A DNA stretch of 64,000 bases from a virus, in IMG/VR virus record IMGVR_UViG_3300030616_000025, positions 1 through 64,000 of that record; one strand, written 5' to 3'. Below, piece after piece: positions 26,090 to 33,338 of the stretch. Position 1 is the first letter of the stretch; every line of letters begins with the position of its first letter. The position numbers and the translations under genes are program-made. The notes under the pieces were generated by a model. It had not been told where the DNA came from. It saw only the letters and a program-made list of their open reading frames with translations, and made no database searches.

Positions 26090-26970
26090 AGACGGCTTAT
26101 ATCTATAATATCCCGGATTGGGCGGTGCATAACGTAGGCAAGCTATGGTTTGGACACAGAGACGATGTCGACTTGCTTAACTGGCACAACACGAGCGGGG
26201 AAGAATTAAAAAAATACGACCACATCATATTTGGACTATACACAATCTATGAGGACTTCAAATACAACAAACACAACTGCACTGTTGTTATACATGACCC
26301 TTGTGAGGTATTCGATCAAAACGTGGGATGGAAACAATCTCACAAGGTAACGTCTGCGGCAAACAAAATAAAGCATATTAGAAATTTAATCGTTATCAGC
26401 GAGGAAATGGAATACAGGATACACAAAGAGATAGGGCGAATGACATATCGCATACCGACAATGACACTGGACGAGCCGGGGGAAGTAAAAGATAGAGAGA
26501 CATGCAAGGTAATATCGATATTCAACAGATACCCGCGGAAAAGACCGGACTTTATAGTCAAACTACAAAAGCAACTGAAAAACGCGGGAATAGAAATGTA
26601 CATAAAGACAACGAAAGATAACATGCTAAGCAGGGAAGAATACATACAGAAATTAGACAGCCATGATATATACGTATGTGCGTCATTTCAGGAAGGTGGC
26701 CCTTTGCCCGCTTTAGACGCTATGAACAGAGGTTTAATGGTTATTTCGACGCCGGTAGGACAAATGCGGGAAATGATAAAAACAGGTCATAACGGTATAC
26801 TGTGCAATCACTTATCTATAAAGCAGTGGATAGAGCACTTAAACGAAAACCGGGGAGAGATAAAAAGAATGCAAAAAGCCTCCCTTGAAACAATACGTAA
26901 ACAGCGTAATATACAGGATATACGCAAAACAGTAGATGACTATTTAGAAAGGAAAAGCCATGAAGAGTAA
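26086..26970 (+). CDS. GT-B glycosyltransferase (GT1/GT4-like)
   Basis: YVCASFQEGGPLPALDAMNRGLMVISTPVGQMREMIKTGHNGIL. Confidence 0.75.
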   Translation: MKTAYIYNIPDWAVHNVGKLWFGHRDDVDLLNWHNTSGEELKKYDHIIFGLYTIYEDFKYNKHNCTVVIHDPCEVFDQNVGWKQSHKVTSAANKIKHIRNLIVISEEMEYRIHKEIGRMTYRIPTMTLDEPGEVKDRETCKVISIFNRYPRKRPDFIVKLQKQLKNAGIEMYIKTTKDNMLSREEYIQKLDSHDIYVCASFQEGGPLPALDAMNRGLMVISTPVGQMREMIKTGHNGILCNHLSIKQWIEHLNENRGEIKRMQKASLETIRKQRNIQDIRKTVDDYLERKSHEE

Positions 26971-27373
26971 CAAGGTAATGGAAATCGTAGAGAGAGCAGA
27001 AAACGCGGAAAAGGAAGTAGAACGGTTAGAGGCTGTAGCTAAAAACCAAAAGAGAGAAATTGAAAGACTTGAAATAGCTATGGATCGAGAAGACAATAAG
27101 CACAAAATGGAGATAGAAGACATACAGCATAAGACAAGGCTGTTGAAAGAAAAAGACACCCAGTGGATCGAGGCGGAAAAAGAAAGAATGCAGGCAGAGC
27201 AGGAAAAGTACAAAGCACAGTTACATTCTCAATTCTGGCATCGTGTCGTAGAACAGGTAACGCAGATAGTAGAACAGATACATGCTATCTATCAGCCGAG
27301 GGACAAAGAAGACATGAACAAATGGCGTGAGGCTGTACTGAAAACATTGTCAGAAGCAAAGGCTAAGAAATAG
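26960..27373 (+). CDS. coiled-coil protein
   Basis: Glu/Lys-rich heptad-like sequence. GAAAGGAAAAGCC-ATG context. Confidence 0.5.
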   Translation: MKSNKVMEIVERAENAEKEVERLEAVAKNQKREIERLEIAMDREDNKHKMEIEDIQHKTRLLKEKDTQWIEAEKERMQAEQEKYKAQLHSQFWHRVVEQVTQIVEQIHAIYQPRDKEDMNKWREAVLKTLSEAKAKK

Positions 27374-27598
27374 TTGTATAAGCCGAAGAATACAGCATTA
27401 CTGCACGAAGAGGGTACGCATATCATAGTATGCTGTAATCCGGATTGTCCGTGGGGGGAAGAGATAAAGGACTATGACAATGTAGATGAAATGGGTGAAG
27501 CCGGTTGGCGGTTTGACACATCGGCTCACCCTCTGACCTGGGGGAATCTTAATGCGTACTGTCCGAAATGCGCAAAGGAGATAAAGGATGGAACATGA
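27374..27598 (+). CDS. zinc-ribbon protein (TTG start)
   Basis: CCNPDCPW...CPKC pattern. Non-ATG start without a clear SD. Confidence 0.35.
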   Translation: MYKPKNTALLHEEGTHIIVCCNPDCPWGEEIKDYDNVDEMGEAGWRFDTSAHPLTWGNLNAYCPKCAKEIKDGT

Positions 27599-27902
27599 AA
27601 AAAAACTGACGAAAGAGCAAGCGGAGAAAATAAAGAAAAGGCTTGAGTTCCTTCATAGTGATCATTATTGCTTGGGGTATATAGAAGGGGAGATTGTTGA
27701 TATTATAGACTCCATGACAGAGAAAACCCCGGAAGAAGAGCTTGCGGAATATAAGTGTCCGAAGTGTAATAGCGAATTATCTATTTCCGGTATAGACAAC
27801 AATGTGTATTGCTGTAGTTGTCGACTTTTAATCGGTAGCAGAGACTTTTATTATTTGATGCCATGCTATCAGCCAGATTGGAACGGGGGGAAAAGAAAAT
27901 GA
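27588..27902 (+). CDS. zinc-ribbon protein
   Basis: CPKCN...CCSC pattern. AAGGAG upstream. Confidence 0.45.
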   Translation: MEHEKKLTKEQAEKIKKRLEFLHSDHYCLGYIEGEIVDIIDSMTEKTPEEELAEYKCPKCNSELSISGIDNNVYCCSCRLLIGSRDFYYLMPCYQPDWNGGKRK

Positions 27903-28294
27903 CATATCAACAGGAACTGCAAAAAGAGCTTGACAAATGGCTTCAGCCGGTTATGACAGAGCCGACAAAGACGACCGACGGAGAGATGAATACCTACCCG
28001 ATAATTTTCAAATATGGTGTTGCTTCTCCTTCTGGATGCTACCCACCGCTAACATATACTGTCGACTGGGGCAAGGTAACAGAGGAGCCTACCTGTCCAC
28101 CGCCGGATGAGGAATGGGAGGAATGGGAAGATGATGAATATCTGTATAAGAAGATACCGATTGGAGCCTTGTTTCAGCCTCAATGTGAGCATCAGCAAGG
28201 TTATTTTGGCGCTTGGGCGGGTGGGTATGTATGGGAGAATAAAAGCATAGCAAGCACATATAGCGAAGGAGAGGTAATACGATGGGAAAAGTGA
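27899..28294 (+). CDS. hypothetical protein
   Basis: ATGA overlap. The track start at 27863 is less likely. Confidence 0.45.
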   Translation: MTYQQELQKELDKWLQPVMTEPTKTTDGEMNTYPIIFKYGVASPSGCYPPLTYTVDWGKVTEEPTCPPPDEEWEEWEDDEYLYKKIPIGALFQPQCEHQQGYFGAWAGGYVWENKSIASTYSEGEVIRWEK

Positions 28295-28593
28295 AATATG
28301 AATACATAGCAACAGAGATGACCCCGCAGGAGATAATAGCCAGATACGGCGTGAAGAAAAGCTGTAGGGTATGCCACGAGCGGGGGATAGAAGGATACAT
28401 GACCCGGTTCATAGACGAAACCACAAGCAGGAAAGTAGCTGTGATGTGCAAGTGCGTAGAGAACAGGATAACGAAAACCGGGGATAGAGCAGAAGGGCGG
28501 GTACAGGATAACGAGGGGATAGACATAGACAAGTTTATCATAAGCGTTAAGACTGAATGTAAAGAGGAAGCTAAGGATGAAAATACAGTATAA
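28282..28593 (+). CDS. hypothetical protein
   Basis: ORF in the packed array. C..C....C.C pattern. Confidence 0.45.
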   Translation: MGKVKYEYIATEMTPQEIIARYGVKKSCRVCHERGIEGYMTRFIDETTSRKVAVMCKCVENRITKTGDRAEGRVQDNEGIDIDKFIISVKTECKEEAKDENTV

Positions 28594-28759
28594 TTCAAGT
28601 TGCAATGATTGCGAAGAGCGCACTTTAGAGATTCGGCAGAATAGAGTCTATATATCGAACAAGCATTCTGGTTGGGGAATTAAAGCGCGGTATGATTTAA
28701 CAAAAGAAGAAGCGGTAAAAGTCATAAACGAATTGCGTAAATTTACGAAGGCAGAATAA
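28577..28759 (+). CDS. hypothetical protein
   Basis: AGGAAGCTAAGG upstream. Confidence 0.4.
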   Translation: MKIQYNSSCNDCEERTLEIRQNRVYISNKHSGWGIKARYDLTKEEAVKVINELRKFTKAE

Positions 28760-28760
28760 T

Positions 28761-28895
28761 ATGCAGGTCAAAAAGGACGAGTTTGATGGAGCGATCAGCA
28801 AGCTGAAGCCTAAGCGCTCTAATGGTGAATGGCGGAGTCTGTCCTTATTACTTAAGGAATGGAACCGTTCCTACGACCTGCATCAATTTTATTAG
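28761..28895 (+). CDS. small hypothetical protein (44 aa)
   Basis: ATG 2 nt after the upstream stop. Below the length cut-off of the ORF track. Confidence 0.25.
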   Translation: MQVKKDEFDGAISKLKPKRSNGEWRSLSLLLKEWNRSYDLHQFY

Positions 28896-29053
28896 AGAGG
28901 CGAGAGTGTTTGTTGAGCCGACATATGGTTACGAACCAGACGTTATTTTAACGCCTCACATCTCTATTACTAATTAGATGAGGATAGAGAATATATGTCA
29001 ATTGTTTGCTAAGGACAAACAAACACCACAACATTTCTCATGAAAGGCAAGGA

Positions 29054-29248
29054 ATGATAGGCGATAGATTAGAAATCATTGAATCGGGGTGGAAAATATA
29101 TGATATACGAATTACAATAGAGGGCTATTATCATGAATACAACCATCTTATGGAAGAGCAGAAAGACAGCCTATTGAGTTATTACTTTGATTTTGTAAAA
29201 CAGATCAAGCAGGGATATTGCCCGTACTGGAATTGGTTTAAGGAATAA
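29054..29248 (+). CDS. hypothetical protein
   Basis: ATG after AAAGGCAAGGA. The TTG at 29006 in the track is less likely. Confidence 0.4.
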   Translation: MIGDRLEIIESGWKIYDIRITIEGYYHEYNHLMEEQKDSLLSYYFDFVKQIKQGYCPYWNWFKE

Positions 29249-29251
29249 TGA

Positions 29252-29458
29252 ATGTACCACTTCGAAGGACACATAAGAGAAGCAGTAGAAAGCGCATGGC
29301 ACGAACTGGCGACAGAACACCGCTACCATGAAATGCGCAAGGTGCTAAGAAGGGAGATAGCACTGAAAGCGCTACGGGAGGGAGAGACAATCAAGAGAGC
29401 AAGCTATAGCCTGGATATGAGCATGAACACATTAAAAGCTATGGTAAGGGGAGGATAA
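29252..29458 (+). CDS. hypothetical protein, possible C-terminal HTH
   Basis: TIKRASYSLDMSMNTLKAMV looks like a helix-turn-helix. Confidence 0.4.
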   Translation: MYHFEGHIREAVESAWHELATEHRYHEMRKVLRREIALKALREGETIKRASYSLDMSMNTLKAMVRGG

Positions 29459-29703
29459 TGGAAATATATACAATTATACAGAAAATGGCTACGACCAAAA
29501 AGTACGAAGATAGATCAGAGTTAAAAGGTAAATTGCTTGAGTATGATTACAGAATTACAGAACACACGGCTCTTTTGATCATGGAAATTATAAAAGATTG
29601 GGAAAGGGATATTTCACACCAAATAGCTGATCATGTTTTGTGCTGTATGGTTAGCTTCAAGGTAAGAGAAGCATTTCAATCTATTGATAAATGGTATTCT
29701 TAA
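29458..29703 (+). CDS. hypothetical protein
   Basis: GGGGAGGATA-ATG start. Confidence 0.45.
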   Translation: MEIYTIIQKMATTKKYEDRSELKGKLLEYDYRITEHTALLIMEIIKDWERDISHQIADHVLCCMVSFKVREAFQSIDKWYS

Positions 29704-29713
29704 TGTCATAAAA

Positions 29714-29799
29714 TTGACAACTGTCAAAACTTTGACATCTTAAATTTGCTATTCCCGAAAAAATATAGTACAATATAGCTGTAAAACTATAGTACTATA
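29714..29799 (+). promoter_or_regulatory. operator/promoter-like repeat cluster upstream of the portal gene
   Basis: TTGACA-AC-TGTCAA inverted repeat at 29714-29727, a third TTGACA at 29732-29737, TATAGTAC at 29764-29771, and the perfect 12-bp palindrome TATAGTACTATA at 29788-29799. Confidence 0.35.
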
Positions 29800-29812
29800 A
29801 AAAAGGGAATCT

Positions 29813-31465
29813 ATGAGCCTACTTAACAAGATAGGTTTAGCATCACACAAGAAACTCAAACAGGCGCAGGAAGCGCTACAATCCCGTGACAACCAGATAG
29901 CTGAATTCAGCAATAAGCTTGAATCCCGAGAAAAGCAAGTCGAAGAGTTTACCGAAAGGTTTAAACTGCTTGAAGAAACGTCCGGCATATACAAGCGCAG
30001 GCTTGCGCATATTCAGAAGGAAGTCAGCGAAACAAAGAAGCTGACAGAAGCCGGGTATATGTTCTCCGGGGAAGACGGGGAAGAGAACTATATCGAAGTC
30101 GGCACATCCAAATATGACCTGAATCATCAGGACTATTCAGAACTGCAAAAGCAATGGGTAGAGATATTCAAAATCAATCCCTATGCTAAGCGCATACTGG
30201 AAATGCAGACGGATTTTATAATCGGGGATGGGATAACGTACAGAATAGACGACGAGCAGGAGAAAACACTTGGGCCGATAATGGACAAGTTCTGGAATGA
30301 CTACGACAATGACATAGGCCGCAATCTGGACACAATGGTAACAGAGCTTATGCTGTTTGGTGAACAGGTATATCCCATAATCAAAACGAAGGACAAGTCA
30401 ACAATTAAGATCGGGAACATAGACCCGAGGACAATAATTAAAATACGCAAAGACCCGAACAACACTAAGAGGCTATGGCAGGTCATAGTAGACGGCGGGC
30501 AAGAAAACAAAGACAGGGCTTACGGCGTATTGAATGAAACACCCGAAGGCAAAATGGGTATAGACAAAGACCAGAATAAACCGCACCCGGACGACAGTCA
30601 AAGCAAGGAGATAGAATACATAGGGGAAGTTGTCGTATTTCAGATAAACAAGCTGTTCAGTCAGGCACGGGGATACAGCGAACTAACCACTATGCTTGAC
30701 ACATTAGACCTTCTGGATCAGTTTGTATTCCAGGTTGCGGAGAGAAGTCTATTGCTGTTTCACTATCTCATGCACGTTACCTGTAAGGGAATGGGCGACG
30801 AGGAAATAAAGAAATACCGTCAGAAAGTCAGCAAGACATCGAGTGTGCTTGTGACAAACGAAATGGTTGAAATAGAGCTTATGTCCCCGGAGTTACAGAG
30901 CGTAGACGCACAGAACATCGTAACGACCATAGTCAGATACGCAATGGCAGGGGCAGGGATACCGGAGCATTTCATTGTTGCAGGAGATAACACGAATTAC
31001 GCAACAGCTAAAGAGCAGGGAACGCCGATAGAAAAGCGACTTGAAAGACGGCAGGACTTAATACGACAGATGCTTATACGCCTGACACGTATACAGTTGG
31101 AATATGCTTTCCCGAGTGCCGGGACAGACGAAATACAGGACTACATGGACGCTATTACGTTTCAGTTCCCGTCTATTAAGGGTGTGGACAAAAAGCAATC
31201 AGCAGACGTGCTAAGGAGTCTTGCAACTGCGCTACTGATAGCGGTGAATGCAAACATGATAACCAGAGAGAGCGCGGCAAAGGCATACATAGACGAAGCA
31301 GAGCGGCAGGGGATAGAGCTTGAAGAAGGGGATTACGAAGCATTCGATGACATTGAAAACAACATGTACAATGATCCGAAAGTAAAGGCGATATTAGGCA
31401 AAATGGGTAAGGACATGGATAACGACAAAAAGCAGATTCCCGGCAAGAAAAAAGGTGTTGCTTAA
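29813..31465 (+). CDS. portal protein
   Basis: 550 aa, immediately upstream of a MuF/SPP1-gp7-like gene and the capsid gene. Assigned by size, position and general composition. Confidence 0.65.
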   Translation: MSLLNKIGLASHKKLKQAQEALQSRDNQIAEFSNKLESREKQVEEFTERFKLLEETSGIYKRRLAHIQKEVSETKKLTEAGYMFSGEDGEENYIEVGTSKYDLNHQDYSELQKQWVEIFKINPYAKRILEMQTDFIIGDGITYRIDDEQEKTLGPIMDKFWNDYDNDIGRNLDTMVTELMLFGEQVYPIIKTKDKSTIKIGNIDPRTIIKIRKDPNNTKRLWQVIVDGGQENKDRAYGVLNETPEGKMGIDKDQNKPHPDDSQSKEIEYIGEVVVFQINKLFSQARGYSELTTMLDTLDLLDQFVFQVAERSLLLFHYLMHVTCKGMGDEEIKKYRQKVSKTSSVLVTNEMVEIELMSPELQSVDAQNIVTTIVRYAMAGAGIPEHFIVAGDNTNYATAKEQGTPIEKRLERRQDLIRQMLIRLTRIQLEYAFPSAGTDEIQDYMDAITFQFPSIKGVDKKQSADVLRSLATALLIAVNANMITRESAAKAYIDEAERQGIELEEGDYEAFDDIENNMYNDPKVKAILGKMGKDMDNDKKQIPGKKKGVA

Positions 31466-31638
31466 TGGATATAAAAATATGTCCCGAATGCGGTGCAAAG
31501 ACTATATACGGGCTTGATAAAACAGGAAGACGGCACATATGCAAAAACGAAGATATTATAAGATTTAGCAATATCAAGATTCAACAGACAATGAATGAAA
31601 TAGACAAACTTAAATCATTGCTTGGGATATCTCAATAA
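31465..31638 (+). CDS. zinc-ribbon protein (57 aa)
   Basis: TAATG overlap with the portal gene. CPECG...HIC pattern. Ends directly before the next ATG. Confidence 0.35.
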   Translation: MDIKICPECGAKTIYGLDKTGRRHICKNEDIIRFSNIKIQQTMNEIDKLKSLLGISQ

Positions 31639-32544
31639 ATGGCGGGTAGACACAGCAAAAGACAGATAGCTTACGCCGCTGAAATACAAGACCTACTCGG
31701 GGACTATAAGACTGTAATGCTTGGCTATTCGGACAAGATAAAAAGCATACTTGAAGACTCACGGTTAAGACTTATAGGTAGACTGAACACTATGCCAGAA
31801 GGGGTATGGCAAAGCTACCACTTTGAACGTATACGAAAAGAACTTCAGGGTGTTTTGGGGCGCTTTGACAGAGAATATCTCATGCTTACCGGAAAAGCAC
31901 TGGACTATAGCGGTAAATCGGGATTAGAATTTGTCATATCCCCATTAAAGAACCATTTGGCTCTTGCGCATACCCCTGCAATATTTCAGCCCGCTTTTGT
32001 AGACCCGTACATACGACAGACATTCAATCTGGTTAACACCATGATTAAGGGCGCGGAGGGGTTAGTAGAACAGGAGATAATGAGTCATATATACGTAAAC
32101 ATGTCCGGTGCAGAGGGTGTACCGACAACGATACAGAAGATTATAAACACAATATCCGGCAAGCTTGGCGGGGAGACAGCAGGGTTTAAAAACCTGAATA
32201 AAAGGTCATGGGCTATATTCAGGACGGAGACAATCAAACTGCACAATCTATCTGCACAAATACAGATGAGGCGGGCAGGAGAGATATTCCCGGAGAGCAG
32301 GAAGACATGGCATCACAGCGGTATGCACGGACTGGGGCAGACGCCGAGACCTGGACACGTAGCACTTGACATGTCGACAGTAGACTTTAACGAGCGATTT
32401 GTGAATCCGGTAACAGGTATGAGCCTGGAATATCCGCATGACCCCACGGCTGACGCAGGGGAGATTGTAAATTGCGGTTGTTTCCATTCGTTGAAAATGC
32501 CGGATGAAGTAATGTTAAGCGATAGAACAATGGTATTGACTTGA
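31639..32544 (+). CDS. head morphogenesis protein (Mu gpF / SPP1 gp7 family)
   Basis: C-terminal TWHHSG...RPGHVALDMSTVDFNERF...EIVNCGCF matches the family's R..H..ldG...F...CRC-type block. Confidence 0.75.
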   Translation: MAGRHSKRQIAYAAEIQDLLGDYKTVMLGYSDKIKSILEDSRLRLIGRLNTMPEGVWQSYHFERIRKELQGVLGRFDREYLMLTGKALDYSGKSGLEFVISPLKNHLALAHTPAIFQPAFVDPYIRQTFNLVNTMIKGAEGLVEQEIMSHIYVNMSGAEGVPTTIQKIINTISGKLGGETAGFKNLNKRSWAIFRTETIKLHNLSAQIQMRRAGEIFPESRKTWHHSGMHGLGQTPRPGHVALDMSTVDFNERFVNPVTGMSLEYPHDPTADAGEIVNCGCFHSLKMPDEVMLSDRTMVLT

Positions 32545-32555
32545 AAGGAAAAGGT

Positions 32556-33338
32556 ATGAAAAACATTAGTAAGACGGATTTGGTAGCGTGTATGCAGAAG
32601 GGCATGAATCAGAAGGAAATGGCAGAGACACTTAATTGCAGTATACCGACACTGCACAAGTACCTTGACAAGCATGAATTGAGGGACGGCTTGCCGAAGG
32701 AACTTAAAACAAATGCATGGACACTGAATGAATCGAAGTATGCATTTTGCGTCAAACTGCGGGCTGATTATAACGTGCAGAACATCACATTAAAAGAACT
32801 GCTTGAACTGTCACAGGAAGACTTGGTAGGTATATACGAGGAATACCAGAAGAAGCAGTCAATGCCGCAACCGCCTACACAGCCTGTGCCTCTTGCGCAG
32901 ACAGTACAGCAGACCACACCGCCGCCTACTAAAAGTGTGTCTGATATTCCGCGGGAGATATTTTACCCAGACCCGGAAAAAGAAAAACAGCGGGGAATAG
33001 AGGAAGCCAGACAACAGGAGATTTGGCGCAAGGAATGGGCTGAATACAAAGACAAGAAAAGTATCAGAGTGGCAAAGAACAGGGCGAATCAGAAGCTGTT
33101 CTATGTAAAGCCGGTCAATCCCTACACAATGCGCAATCACGACATAGAGAAGATACGCAAGCATAGTGACGGCAGTATAACAATTAAAGCTCTATGCGGC
33201 CCGAAATGGCATTGGACAAAACAGGAACTGAACGGCAAGGGCAAAAAGGTAAAAGAGCTTAACGTAGCATACGGCAATGCAAACAAGGAAAAGGAATTCG
33301 ACGAAGGATTTTTAGGCTATAAGGAAATGGTTATATGA
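32556..33338 (+). CDS. HTH-domain protein with a basic C-terminal region
   Basis: GMNQKEMAETLNCSIPTLHKYL. GAAAGGAAAAGGT-ATG context. Confidence 0.5.
   Translation: MKNISKTDLVACMQKGMNQKEMAETLNCSIPTLHKYLDKHELRDGLPKELKTNAWTLNESKYAFCVKLRADYNVQNITLKELLELSQEDLVGIYEEYQKKQSMPQPPTQPVPLAQTVQQTTPPPTKSVSDIPREIFYPDPEKEKQRGIEEARQQEIWRKEWAEYKDKKSIRVAKNRANQKLFYVKPVNPYTMRNHDIEKIRKHSDGSITIKALCGPKWHWTKQELNGKGKKVKELNVAYGNANKEKEFDEGFLGYKEMVI

Noticed and set aside
29002-29022. Hairpin TTGTTTG-N7-CAAACAA in the 28.9-29.05 kb gap as a terminator.
   Set aside because: The stem is AT-rich and 7 bp long, with no downstream T run. It overlaps a possible TTG-initiated ORF, so it is too weak to call.
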